DNA of 64,000 nucleotides from Eledone cirrhosa (Eukaryota): NCBI GenBank assembly GCA_964016885.1, contig OZ024761.1, positions 7,874,001 to 7,938,000 of the forward strand, read 5' to 3'. Shown piece by piece: positions 13,001 to 28,573 of this stretch (position 1 is its first letter; each line of letters starts with the position of its first letter). The notes under the pieces were generated by a model. It saw only the letters and a program-made list of their open reading frames with translations, ran no database searches and was not told where the DNA came from. The position numbers and the translations under genes were made by a program.

Positions 13001-16000
13001 TACCACACTAATTACTGTAATATATGTACCACACTAATTACTGTAATATATGTATCACACTAATTACTGTAATATATGTACCACACTAATTACTGTAATA
13101 TATGTATCACACTAATTACTGTAATATATGTACCACACTAATTACTGTAATATATGTACCACACTAATTACTGTAATATATGTACCACACTAATTACTGT
13201 AATATATGTATCACACTAACTACTGTAATATATGTATCACACTAATTACTGTAATATATGTATCACACTAATTACTGTAATATATGTACCACACTAATTA
13301 CTGTAATATATGTACCACACTAATTACTTTAAGATATGTATCACACTAATTACTGTAATATATGTACCACACTAACTACTGTAATATATGTACCACACTA
13401 ACTACTGTAATATATGTACCACACTAACTACTGTAATATATGTATCACACTAATTACTGTAATATATGTACCACACTAATTACTGTAATATATGTATCAC
13501 ACTAATTACTGTAATATATGTACCACACTAACTACTGTAATATATGTATCACACTAATTACTGTAATATATGTACCACACTAACTACTGTAATATATGTA
13601 CCACACTAACTACTGTAATATATGTACCACACTAATTACTGTAATATATGTACCACACTAATTACTGTAATATATGTATCACACTAATTACTGTAATATA
13701 TGTACCACACTAACTACTGTAATATATGTACCACACTAACTACTGTAATATATGTACCACACTAACTACTGTAATATATGTACCACACTAATTACTGTAA
13801 TATATGTACCACACTAATTACTGTAATATATCTACCACACTAATTACTGTAATATATGTATGACACTAATTACTGTAATATATGTATCACACTAATTACT
13901 GTAATATATGTACCACACTAACTACTGTAATATATGTACCACACTAACTACTGTAATATATGTATCACACTAATTACTGTAATATATGTACCACACTAAC
14001 TACTGTAATATATGTACCACACTAACTACTGTAATATATGTACCACACTAATTACTGTAATATATGTACCACACTAATTACTGTAATATATGTATCACAC
14101 TAATTACTGTAATATATCTACCACACTAATTACTGTAATATATGTACCACACTAACTACTGTAATATATGTACCACACTAACTACTGTAATATATGTACC
14201 ACACTAACTACTGTAATATATGTACCACACTAACTACTGTAATATATGTATTACACTAATTACTGTAATATATGTACCACACTAACTACTGTAATATATG
14301 TATCACAGTAATTACTGTAATATATGTATCACACTAACTACTGTAATATATGTACCACACTAATTACTGTAATATATGTATTACACTAATTACTGTAATA
14401 TATGTACCATACTAATTACTGTAATATATGTATCACACTAATTACTGTAATATATGTACCACACTAATTACGGTAATATATGTATTACACTAATTACTGT
14501 AATATATGTATTACACTAATTACTGTAATATATGTACCACACTAATTACTGTAATATATGTATTACACTAATTACTGTAATATATGTACCACACTAATTA
14601 CTGTAATATATGTATCACACTAATTACTGTAATATATGTATCACACTAATTACTGTAATATATGTACCACACTAATTAGAGTAATATATGTACCACACTA
14701 ATTACTGTAATATATGTACCACACTAATTACTGTAATACATGTACCACACTAATTACTGTAATATATGTACCACACTAATTAGAGTAATATATGTACCAC
14801 ACTAATTACTGTAATATATGTCCACACTAATTACTGTAATATATGTATCACACTAATTACTGTAATATATGTACCACACTAATTACTGTAATATATGTAC
14901 CACACTAATTACTGTAATATATGTACCACACTAATTACTGTAATATATGTACCACACTAATTACTGTAATATATGTACCACACTAATTACTGTAATATAT
15001 GTACCACACTAATTACTGTAATATATGTACCACACTAATTACTGTAATATATGTACCACACTAATTACTGTAATATATGTACCACACTAATTACTGTAAT
15101 ATATGTATCACACTAATTACTGTAATATATGTATCACACTAATTACTGTAATATATGTACCACACTAATTACTGTAATATATGTACCACACTAATTACTG
15201 TAATATATGTACCACACTAACTACTGTAATATATGTACCACACTAATTACTGTAATATATGTACCACACTAATTACTGTAATATATGTACCACACTAATT
15301 ACTGTAATATATGTACCACACTAATTACTGTAATATATGTACCACACTAATTACTGTAATATATGTACCACACTAATTACTGTAATATATGTACCACACT
15401 AATTACTGTAATATATGTACCACACTATTTACTGTAATATATGTACCACACTAATTACTGTAATATATGTACCACACTAATTACTGTAATATATGTACCA
15501 CACTAATTACTGTAATATATGTATCACACTAATTACTGTAATATATGTACCACACTAATTACTGTAATATATGTACCACACTAATTACTGTAATATATGT
15601 ATCACACTAATTACTGTAATATATGTACCACACTAATTACTGTAATATATGTATCACACTAATTACTGTAATATATGTACCACACTAATTACAGTAATAT
15701 ATGTATCACACTAATTACTGTAATATATGTACCACACTAATTACTGTAATATATGTACCACACTAATTACTGTAATATATGTACCACACTAATTACTGTA
15801 ATAGATGTACCACACTAATTACTGTAATATATGTACCACACTAATTACTGTAATAGATGTACCACACTAATTACTGTAATAGATGTACCACACTAATTAG
15901 TGTAATATATGTACCACACTAACTACTGTAATATATGTACCACACTAACTACTGTAATATATGTACATCAATAATTACTGTAATATATGTACCACACTAA

Positions 16001-19000
16001 TTACTGTAATATATGTACCACACTAATTACTGTAATATATGTACCACACTAATTACTGTAATATATGTACCACACTAATTACTGTAATATATGTACCACA
16101 CTAACTACTGTAATATATGTACATCAATAATTACTGTAATATATGTACCACACTAATTACTGTAATATATGTACCACACTAATTACTGTAATATATGTAC
16201 CACACTAATTACTGTAATATATGTACCACACTAATTACTGTAATATATGTACCACACTAACTACTGTAATATATGTACCACACTAATTACTGTAATATAT
16301 GTACCACACTAATTACAGAAATTAGTGTGATACATATATTACAGTGGTACATATATTACAGTAATTAGTGTGGTACATATATTACCACACTAATTACTGT
16401 AATATATGTATCACACTAATTACTGTAATATATGTATCACACTAATTACTGTAATATATGTACCACACTAATTACTGTAATATATGTACCACACTATTTA
16501 CTGTAATATATGTACCACACTAATTACTGTAATATATGTACCACACTAATTACTGTAATATATGTACCACACTAATTACTGTAATATATGTATCACACTA
16601 ATTACTGTAATATATGTACCACACTAATTACTGTAATATATGTACCACACTAATTACTGTAATATATGTATCACACTAATTACTGTAATATATGTACCAC
16701 ACTAATTACTGTAATATATGTATCACACTAATTACTGTAATATATGTACCACACTAATTACAGTAATATATGTATCACACTAATTACTGTAATATATGTA
16801 CCACACTAATTACTGTAATATATGTACCACACTAATTACTGTAATATATGTACCACACTAATTACTGTAATAGATGTACCACACTAATTACTGTAATATA
16901 TGTACCACACTAATTACTGTAATAGATGTACCACACTAATTACTGTAATAGATGTACCACACTAATTAGTGTAATATATGTACCACACTAACTACTGTAA
17001 TATATGTACCACACTAACTACTGTAATATATGTACATCAATAATTACTGTAATATATGTACCACACTAATTACTGTAATATATGTACCACACTAATTACT
17101 GTAATATATGTACCACACTAATTACTGTAATATATGTACCACACTAATTACTGTAATATATGTACCACACTAACTACTGTAATATATGTACATCAATAAT
17201 TACTGTAATATATGTACCACACTAATTACTGTAATATATGTACCACACTAATTACTGTAATATATGTACCACACTAATTACTGTAATATATGTACCACAC
17301 TAATTACTGTAATATATGTACCACACTAACTACTGTAATATATGTACCACACTAATTACTGTAATATATGTACCACACTAATTACAGAAATTAGTGTGAT
17401 ACATATATTACAGTGGTACATATATTACAGTAATTAGTGTGGTACATATATTACCACACTAATTACTGTAATATATGTATCACACTAATTACTGTAATAT
17501 ATGTATCACACTAATTACTGTAATATATGTACCACACTAATTACTGTAATATATGTACCACACTAATTACTGTAATATATGTATCACACTAATTACTGTA
17601 ATATATGTACCACACTAATTACTGTAATATATGTATCACACTAATTACTGTAATATATGTACCACACTAATTACAGTAATATATGTATCACACTAATTAC
17701 TGTAATATATGTACCACACTAATTACTGTAATATATGTACCACACTAATTACTGTAATATATGTACCACACTAATTACTGTAATAGATGTACCACACTAA
17801 TTACTGTAATATATGTACCACACTAATTACTGTAATAGATGTACCACACTAATTACTGTAATATATGTACCACACTAATTACTGTAATATATGTATCACA
17901 CTAATTACTGTAATATATGTACCACACTAATTACTGTAATATATGTACCACACTAATTACAGTAATATATGTATCACACTAATTACTGTAATATATGTAC
18001 CACACTAATTACTGTAATATATGTACCACACTAATTACTGTAATATATGTACCACACTAATTACTGTAATATATGTACCACACTAATTACTGTAATATAT
18101 GTATCACACTAATTACTGTAATATATGTACCACACTAATTACTGTAATATATGTACCACACTAATTACTGTAATATATGTACCACACTAATTACTGTAAT
18201 ATATGTACCACACTAATTACTGTAATAAATGTACCACACTAATTACTGTAATATATGTACCACACTAATTACTGTAATATATCTACCACACTAATTACAG
18301 TAATATATGTACCACACTAATTAGTGTAATATATGTCCACACTAATTACTGTAATATGTGTACCACACTAATTACTGTAATATATCTACCACACTAACTA
18401 CAGTAATATATGTATCACACTAATTAGTGTAATATATGTCCACACTAATTACAGTAATATATGTACCACACTAATTAGTGTAATATATGTCCACACTAAT
18501 TACTGTAATATATGCACCATACTAATTACTGTAATATATGTACCACACTAATTACTGTAATATATGCACCACACTAACTACTGTAATATATGTACCACAC
18601 TAATTACTGTAATATATGTACCACACTAATTACTGTAATATATGTATCACACTAATTACTGTAATATATGTACCACACTAATTACTGTAATATATGTACC
18701 TCACTAATTACTGTAATATATGTACCACACTAATTACTGTAATATATGTACCACACTAATTACTGTAATATATGTACCACACTAATTACTGTAATATATG
18801 TACCACACTAATTACTGTAATATATGTATCACACTAATTACTGTAATATATGTACCACACTAATTACTGTAATATATGTATCACACTAATTACTGTAATA
18901 TATGTACCACACTAATTACTGTAATATATGTACCACACTAATTACTGTAATATATGTATCACACTAATTACTGTAATATATGTACCACACTAATTACTGT

Positions 19001-22000
19001 AATATATGTATCACACTAATTACTGTAATATATGTACCACACTAATTACAGTAATATATGTATCACACTAATTACTGTAATATATGTACCACACTAATTA
19101 CTGTAATATATGTACCACACTAATTACTGTAATATATGTACCACACTAATTACTGTAATAGATGTACCACACTAATTACTGTAATATATGTACCACACTA
19201 ATTACTGTAATAGATGTACCACACTAATTACTGTAATATATGCACCACACTAACTACTGTAATATATGTACCACACTAATTACTGTAATATATGTACCAC
19301 ACTAATTACTGTAATATATGTATCACACTAATTACTGTAATATATGTACCACACTAATTACTGTAATATATGTACCTCACTAATTACTGTAATATATGTA
19401 CCACACTAATTACTGTAATATATGTACCACACTAATTACTGTAATATATGTACCACACTAATTACTGTAATATATGTACCACACTAATTACTGTAATATA
19501 TGTATCACACTAATTACTGTAATATATGTACCACACTAATTACTGTAATATATGTATCACACTAATTACTGTAATATATGTACCACACTAATTACTGTAA
19601 TATATGTACCACACTAATTACTGTAATATATGTATCACACTAATTACTGTAATATATGTACCACACTAATTACTGTAATATATGTATCACACTAATTACT
19701 GTAATATATGTACCACACTAATTACAGTAATATATGTATCACACTAATTACTGTAATATATGTACCACACTAATTACTGTAATATATGTACCACACTAAT
19801 TACTGTAATATATGTACCACACTAATTACTGTAATAGATGTACCACACTAATTACTGTAATATATGTACCACACTAATTACTGTAATAGATGTACCACAC
19901 TAATTACTGTAATATATGCACCACACTAACTACTGTAATATATGTACCACACTAATTACTGTAATATATGTACCACACTAATTACTGTAATATATGTATC
20001 ACACTAATTACTGTAATATATGTACCACACTAATTACTGTAATATATGTACCACACTAATTACTGTAATATATGTACCACACTAATTACTGTAATATATG
20101 TACCACACTAATTACTGTAATATATGTACCACACTAATTACTGTAATATATGTACCACACTAATTACTGTAATATATGTATCACACTAATTACTGTAATA
20201 TATGTACCACACTAATTACTGTAATATATGTATCACACTAATTACTGTAATATATGTACCACACTAATTACTGTAATATATGTATCACACTAATTACTGT
20301 AATATATGTACCACACTAATTACTGTAATATATGTACCACACTAATTACTGTAATATATGTACCACACTAATTACTGTAATATATGTACCACACTAATTA
20401 CTGTAATATATGTATCACACTAATTACTGTAATATATGTACCACACTAATTACTGTAATATATGTATCACACTAATTACTGTAATATATGTACCACACTA
20501 ATACTGTAATATATGTACCACACTAATTACTGTAATATATGTATCACACTAATTACTTTAATATATGTACCACACTAATTACTGTAATATATGTATCACA
20601 CTAATTACTGTAATATATGTACCACACTAATTACTGTAATATATGTACCACACTAATTACTGTAATATATGTACCACACTAATTACTGTAATATATGTAC
20701 CACACTAATTACTGTAATATATGTATCACACTAATTACTGTAATATATGTATCACACTAATTACTGTAATATATGTATCACACTAATTACTGTAATATAT
20801 GTATCACACTAATTACTGTAATATATGTACCACACTAATACTGTAATATATGTACCACACTAATTACTGTAATATATGTATCACACTAATTACTGTAATA
20901 TATGTACCACACTAATTACTGTAATATATGTACCACACTAATTACTGTAATATATGTACCACACTAATTACTGTAATATATGTACCACACTAATTACTGT
21001 AATATATGTACCACACTAATTACTGTAATATATGTATCACACTAATTACTGTAATATATGTACCACACTAATTACTGTAATATATGTACCACACTAATTA
21101 CTGTAATATATGTATCACACTAATTACTGTAATATATGTACCACACTAATTACTGTAATATATGTACCACACTAATTACTGTAATATATGTACCAAACTA
21201 ATTACTGTAATATATGTACCACACTAATACTGTAATATATGTACCACACTAATTACTGTAATATATGTATCACACTAATTACTGTAATATATGTACCACA
21301 CTAATTACTGTAATATATGTACCACACTAATTACTGTAATATATGTATCACACTAATTACTGTAATATATGTACCACACTAATTACTGTAATATATGTAT
21401 CACACTAATTACTGTAATATATGTACCACACTAATTACTGTAATATATGTACCAAACTAATTACTGTAATATATGTACCACACTAATACTGTAATATATG
21501 TACCACACTAATTACTGTAATATATGTATCACACTAATTACTGTAATATATGTACTACACTAATTACTGTAATATATGTACCACACTAATTACTGTAATA
21601 TATGTACCACACTAATTACTGTAATATATGTACCACACTAATTACTGTAATATATGTACCACACTAATTACTGTAATATATGTATCACACTAATTACTGT
21701 AATATATGTACCACACTAATTACTGTAATATATGTACCACACTAATTACTGTAATATATGTACCACACTAATTACTGTAATATATGTATCACACTAATTA
21801 CTGTAATATATGTACCACACTAATTACTGTAATATATGTACCACACTAATTACTGTAATATATGTACCACACTAATTACTGTAATATATGTACCAAACTA
21901 ATTACTGTAATATATGTATCACACTAATTACTGTAATATATGTACCACACTAATTACTGTAATATATGTATCACACTAATTACTGTAATATATGTACCAC

Positions 22001-22330
22001 ACTAATTACTGTAATATATGTATCACACCAATTACTGTAATATATGTATCACACTAATTACTGTAATAAAATCTCCCACACTAATTACTGTAATATATGT
22101 ACCACACTAATTGCTGTAATATATGTACCACACTAATTACTGTAATAAAATCTCCCACACTAATTACTGTAATATATGTACCACACTAATTACTGTAATA
22201 TATGTACCACACTAATTACTGTAATATATGTATCACACTAATTACTGTAATATATGTACCACACTAATTGCTGTAATATATGTACCACACTACTTACTGT
22301 AATATATGTACCACACTAATTAATTACAGT
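10079..22330. repeat. 26-bp satellite (ATATATGTACCACACTAATTACTGTA)n, ~470 copies
   Basis: Homogeneous tandem unit with recurrent variants (TATCAC, TAACTAC, TAGATG) and two short internal inversions. Confidence 0.99.
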
Positions 22331-25300
22331 TATACACCAATCTACCCAGCTCCACTCCAATCTACCCAGCTACACACCAATCTACCCAGCTACACACCAA
22401 TGTACCCAGCTCCACACCAAACTCTCCAGCTCCACTCCAATCTACCCAGCTCCACACCAATCTACCCAGCCCCACTCCAATCTACCCAGCTACACACCAA
22501 TCTACCCAGCTCCACACCAATCTACCCAGCTCCACACAAATCTACCCAGATCCACTCCAATCTACCCAACTACACACCAATCTACCCAGCTACACACCAA
22601 TCTACCCAGCTCCACTCCAATCTACCCAGCTCCACACCAATCTACCCAGCTCCACTCCAATCTACCCAGCTACACTCCAATCTACCCAGCTCCACTCCAA
22701 TCTACCCAGCTCCACTCCAATCCACCCAGCTACATACCAATCTACCCAGCTCCACACCAATCTACCCAGCTCCACACCAATCTACCCTGGCCACACCAAT
22801 CTACCCAGCTCCACACCAATCTACCCAGCTACACACCAATCTACCCAGCTCCACTCCAATCTACCCAGCTGCACACCAATCTACCCAGCTCCACTCCAAT
22901 CTACCCAACTCCACTCCAATCTACCCAGCCCCATTCCAATGTACCCAGCCCCACTCCAATCTACCCAGCATTACTTCAATCTACCCAGCTCCACTCCAAT
23001 CTACCCAGCTACACACCAATCTACCCAGCTCCACACCAATCTACCCAGCTACACACCAATCTACCCAGCTACACACCAATCTACCCAGCTCGACACCAAT
23101 CTACCCAGCTCCACTCCAATCTACCCAGCTCCACTCCAATCTACCCAGCTACACACCAATCTACCCAGCTACACACCAATCTATCCAGCTGCACTCCAAT
23201 CTACCCAGCTCCACACCAATCTACCCAGCCCCACAACAATCTACCCAGCCTCACACCAATCTACCCAGCCCCACAGCAATCTACCCAGCTACACTCCAAT
23301 CTACCCAGCTCAACACCAATCTACCCAGCCCCACAACAATCTACCCAGCTCCACACCAATCTACCCAGCTCCACACCAATCTACCCAGCTCCACTCCAAT
23401 CTACCCAGCTCCACACCAATCTACCCAGCTCCACACCAATCTACCCAGCTCCACAACAATCTACCCAGCTTCACACCAATCTACCCAGCCCTACACCATC
23501 TACCCAGCTGCACACGAATCTACCCAGCCCCATACCAATCAACCCAGCCCCACAACAATCTACCCAGCTACACACCAATCTACCCAGCTCCACACAAATC
23601 TATCCAGCTGCACTCCAATCTACCCAGCTCCACACCAATCTACCCAACTCCACTCCAATCTACCCATCTCCACACCAATCTACCCATCTCCGCTCCAATC
23701 TACCCATCTCCGCTCCAATCTACCCAGCTTCGCTCCAATCTACCCAGCTCCACAACAATGTACCCAGCTGCACTCCAATTTACCCAGCTCCACACCATTC
23801 TACCCAGCTGCACTCCAATCTACCCAGCACCACACCAATCTACCCAGCTCCACACCAATCTACCCAGCTACACACCAATCTACCCAGCTCCACACCAATC
23901 TACCCAGGCCCACTCCAATCTACCCAGCTCCACAACAATCTACCCAGCTCCACACAAATCTATCCAGCTAGACACCAATCTACCCAGCTTCACTCCAATC
24001 TACCCAGCTCCACACCAATCCACCCAGCTCCACACCAATCTACCCAACTCCACTCCAATCTATCCAGCTCCACTCCAATCTACCCAGCTCCGCTCCAATC
24101 TACCCACCTCCACTCCAATCTACCAAGCTCTGCTCCAATCTACCTATCTCCGCTGCAATTTACCCAGCTTCCCTCCAATCTACCCAGCTTCGCTCCAAGC
24201 TACCCAGCTCCACAACAATCTACCCAGCTGCACTCCAATTTACCCAGGCCCATTCCAATCTACCCAGCTATCCAGCTCCACACCAATCTACCCAGCTGCA
24301 CTCCAATCTACCCAGCTGCACTCCAATCTACCCAGCTCCACACCAATCTACCCAGCTCCACACCAATCTATCCAGCTCCACTCCAATCTACCCAGGTCCA
24401 CTCCAATCTACCCAGGTCCACTCCAATCTACCCAGCTCGACACCAATCTACCCAGCCCCACACCAATCTACCCAGATCCACTCCAATCTACCCAGCTACA
24501 TAACAATATACCCAGCTCCACACCAATCTACCCAGCTCCACACCAATCTACCCAGCACCACACCAATCTACCCAGCTCCACACCAATCTACCCAACCCCA
24601 CAACAATCTACCCAGCACCACTCCAATCTACTCAGCTACACACCAATCTACCCAGCTCCACACCAATCTACCCAGCTTCACTCCAATCTACCCAGCTCCA
24701 CTCCAATCTACCCAGCTCCACACCAATCTACCCAGCTCCACACCAATCTACCCAGCTCCACACCAAACTCTCCAGCTCCACTCCAATCTACCCAGCTCCA
24801 CTCCAATGTACCCAGCTCCACTCCAATCTACCCAGCACCACCCCAATCTACCTAGCTACCCAGCACCACACCAATCTACCCAGCACCACACCAATCTACC
24901 CAGCTCCACTCCAATCTACCCAGCTCCACAACAATCTACCCAGCTCCACACTAATCTACCCAGCTCTACACCAATCTACCCAGCTCCACTCCAATGTACC
25001 CAGCTCCACTCCAATCTACCCAGCACCACCCCAATCTACCTAGCTACCCAGCACCACACCAATCTACCCAGCTCCACTCCAATCTACCCAGCTCCACACC
25101 AATCTACCCAGCTCCACTCCAATCTACCCAGCTACACTCCAATCTACCCAGCTCCACTCCAATCTACCCAGCTCCACTCCAATCCACCCAGCTACATACC
25201 AATCTACCCAGCTCCACACCAATCTACCCAGCTCCACACCAATCTACCCAGCTACACACCAATCTACCCAGCTCCACTCCAATCTACCCAGCTCCACTCC

Positions 25301-26340
25301 AATCTACCCAGCTCCACACAAATCTACCCAGCTACACAACAATCTACCCAGCTACACACCAATCTACCCAGCTACACAACAATCTACCCAGCTACACACC
25401 AATCTACCCAGCTACACACCAATCTACCCAGCTCCACTCCAATCTACCCAGCTCCACACAAATCTACCCAGCTACACAACAATCTACCCAGCTACACACC
25501 AATCTACCCAGCTACACAGCAATCTACCCAGCTCCACAACAATCTACCCAGCTCCACACCAATCTACCCAGCTACACAACAATCTACCCAGCTACACACC
25601 AATCTACCCAGCTCCACTCCAATCTACCCAGCTCCACACAAATCTACCCAGCTACACAACAATCTACCCAGCTACACAACAATCTACCCAGCTACACACC
25701 AATCTACCCAGCTCCACTACAATCTACCCAGCTACACACCAATCTACCCAGCTTCACTCCAATCTACCCAGCTCCACTACAATCTACCCAGCTCCACACC
25801 AATCTACCCAACCCACACCAATCTACCCGCTCCAATCTACCCAGCTCCACTCCAATCTACCCAGCTACACACCAATCTACCCAGCTCCACACCAATCTAC
25901 CCAGCTCCACATCAATCTACCCAACCCCACATCAATCTACCCAACCCCACACCAATCTACCCAGCTCCTCTCCAATCTACCCAGTTCCACTCCAATCTAC
26001 CCAGCTCCACTCCAAACTCTCCAGCTCCACACCAATCTACCCAGCTCCACTCCAAGCTACCCAGCTCCACTCCAATCTACCCAGCCCCACAACAATCTAC
26101 CCAGCTACACACCAAGCTACCCAGCCCCACACAAATCTACCCAGCTCCACACCAATCTACTCAGCACCACAACAATCTACCCAGCTCCCCTCCAATCTAC
26201 CCAGTTCCACTCCAATCTACCCAGCTCCACTCCAATCTACCCAACCCCACAACAATCTACCCAGCTCCACACCAAACTCTCCAGCTCCACTCCAATCTAC
26301 CCAGCTCCACTCCAATCTACCCAGCTCCACACCAAACTCT
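22331..26340. repeat. 20-bp satellite (CCAGCTCCAC(A/T)CCAATCTAC)n, ~200 copies
   Basis: Directly visible; same family as 8578-9655. Confidence 0.98.
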
Positions 26341-26424
26341 CTATTCACCCCACCATGTACAATAAATAACCTTTATCAATCCCAGAGTTCACCCAGTGTT
26401 CTGTATGTTGAAGATGATACCCAC

Positions 26425-26536
26425 TTTGAATGGTAGGTGATGTGATTCGTACCACAGCGAACCATCACTGGATCATTGGAGCAGTCTAATTTTCGTAGGT
26501 AGGAGCAGGATTGAAACCAGGGAGAAGCATAGACAG
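26425..26536 (-). CDS. Kazal-type two-domain secreted protein, exon 2: (T)VYASPWFQSCSYLRKLDCSNDPVMVRCGTNHITYHS
   Basis: Acceptor TTTTTACGGTTTCTTTGCAG| and donor |GTGGGT. 112 nt, phase 1-2. CGTNHITY matches the Kazal CG(S/T)(D/N)xxTY motif. The AA+T join gives Asn before the exon-3 Cys. Confidence 0.92.
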
Positions 26537-26852
26537 CTGCAAAGAAACCGTAAAAATGATATCTTAGGATTTTTCAAGGCACTTGGATGATTTGAAATTT
26601 GAACTGTTGGAATCCAAACACAGAAATTGCTATAAATTATCTCTCTTTCTTCCCATAACCCCCGAGGTGTCATAGGGCCACCGTATTGACATACAGCGTT
26701 TTGGGGGCATTTTAATAAACCTGGCAGAGCCCATCTCCTCTCCAGGTCTGAAATCAGCAGATTTCTTCCAGAGAAGGATAGAGAGAATGTGAGAAAATGG
26801 AAGTGAGAAAGAGATATAGAGGAAGAATCGACCTCAGTACTTAACTGGTATT

Positions 26853-28103
26853 TATCATCATCATCATCATCATCGTTTAACGTCCATGTTCCACGCTTGC
26901 ATGGGTTTGGACGGGAGTTTTCCCACTTGAGGCAAGAGTGGTTGTCATTGCTCGCATTGGACTGTCTGGCGGGTTTTCTACAGCTGGATGCCCTTCCTAA
27001 CACCAACCACATTTACAGTGTGGGGCTGGGAGGTTTTTACCGTGTTGCCTACACGGCCACATTACAGCGTGGACTGTGTGTTTTTTTGTCGTGACACCTA
27101 CACGATCTCATTTGTTTCGGCCTGGATCTTGTGGCACCAACATAACTTTACATTGAAAGGGGCGGTGTGGATGGGGTGGGGGTGGCAGGACGGGGGTGTA
27201 TTTTGTTAGAGGTGCCTACTGACTGTAGTAGGTTTTACTTTGTATTTAGGTAAGGCGGATCTTCTCTATTACTGAGTACCGCCAAAGGTCTCGGTCCAGT
27301 GACATTGTCTTGGAGAGGTGTAAGTGTGTGAGGTCGGAATTTATCAGCTCGTCCCAGGTTTTTCTGGGTCTGCCTACTCCGTGGCTACCGTCTATCTTTA
27401 TTGCCCTGCACTTTGTTATACAGCTGTTGTCTTTCATGCGCATCATGTGACCATACCAACGTAGCCTTCTCTTGAGTAAACAACATCTGATCCCTCTTAT
27501 TTCTAATTTTTTCCTTAGTTCGTTTATGCTTTGCCGTTCACGTATATTACTATTACACATCCAGCGGAGCATGCAAGCTTCGTTCCTCTCTAGTCTGCGT
27601 ATATCCTCTGCACACAATGCCCAGGTCTCACTGCCATGCAACATTGCTGTTCGTATGCAGGCATCATACAACCTGCCTTTCATTTTTAGGGAGAACCCTT
27701 TAGCAGCTAATAGTGGTATAAGCTCTCTGAACTTTTTCCATCCAGTTCTGACTCTAGCTACTGTACTTTCAGAGCACCCTCCCCCACTGCTGATTTTGTC
27801 ACCCAGGTAACGGAAGTTGTCCACTATTTCTATAGAACCCTCTGCGCAATTGAAAGAGCTAGTATTTGTGGGCACATGCTGCTACTTATTGCACCAGCGC
27901 ACCGGCCACATGTAAAATCTATGTTCTTAGTTAGCTTACCTGTGATCGCACTACATCTTTTATGCACCCATACTTTGCATTTGGGACATAAAATGGAGTT
28001 TCTACCTACGCCTTTCCTACACACTGAGCATGGCCATTTCCCGGAAGGGACCGGCGCCTTATTTTCTTTCCTACAAACTAGAACTTTAGTCTTAGCCAGG
28101 TTA
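26853..28103 (-). mobile_element. 5'-truncated RTE LINE (family B) with Cys-rich finger, C-terminus and ~390-nt 3' UTR
   Basis: ORFs 27830..28024 (CRKGVGRNSILCPKCKVWVHKRC) and 27246..27875 (FRYLG, WKKFRELIP, GSETW, RWYGH, GRPRKTW) are separated by a frameshift. The UTR 26853-27245 ends in (TGA)n. Confidence 0.93.
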
Positions 28104-28119
28104 ATTTTATATATATATA

Positions 28120-28500
28120 TATCATCATCATCATCGTTTAACGTCCATTTTCCACACTAGCATGGGTCTGGATGGGAATTGTCCCACTTGAGGCAAGATT
28201 GGATGTCTTGCTCAGGACTGTCTGGGAGGGTTTTCTACGGCTGGATGCCCTTCCTAACACCAACCACGTTTACAGTGTGGACTGGGAGGTTTTTACCCTG
28301 TTACCTACACGGCCACATTACAGCGTGGACTGTGTGTTTTTTTGTCGTGACACCTACACGACATCATTTGTTTCGGACTGGATGTTGTGGTACCAACATA
28401 ACTTCACATTTAAGGGGGTGGTGTGGATGGGGGTGGGGATAGTGGGATGGGGGTGTATTTTGTTAGAGGTGCCTACTGACTGTAGGTTTCGCTTTGTACT
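28120..28500 (-). mobile_element. Second copy of the RTE-B 3' UTR (5'-truncated)
   Basis: Collinear similarity with 26860-27240. Confidence 0.85.
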
Positions 28501-28573
28501 TAGGCATATATATATATATATAGAATAAGAAAATGCAAAGTAGTTTCAGATGTTGAAGTCCTTTATTGATAAG

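Noticed and set aside
22280-26436. Long P/S/T/Q/H-rich ORFs (480-638 aa), and likewise 8544..9536
   Set aside because: The 20-bp unit has no stop on the plus strand, so all frames are open. It lies in the intron of the opposite-strand Kazal gene.
26473-27012. 179-aa minus-strand ORF overlapping Kazal exon 2
   Set aside because: Chimeric read-through of repeat UTR and intron, in a different frame from the Kazal exon.
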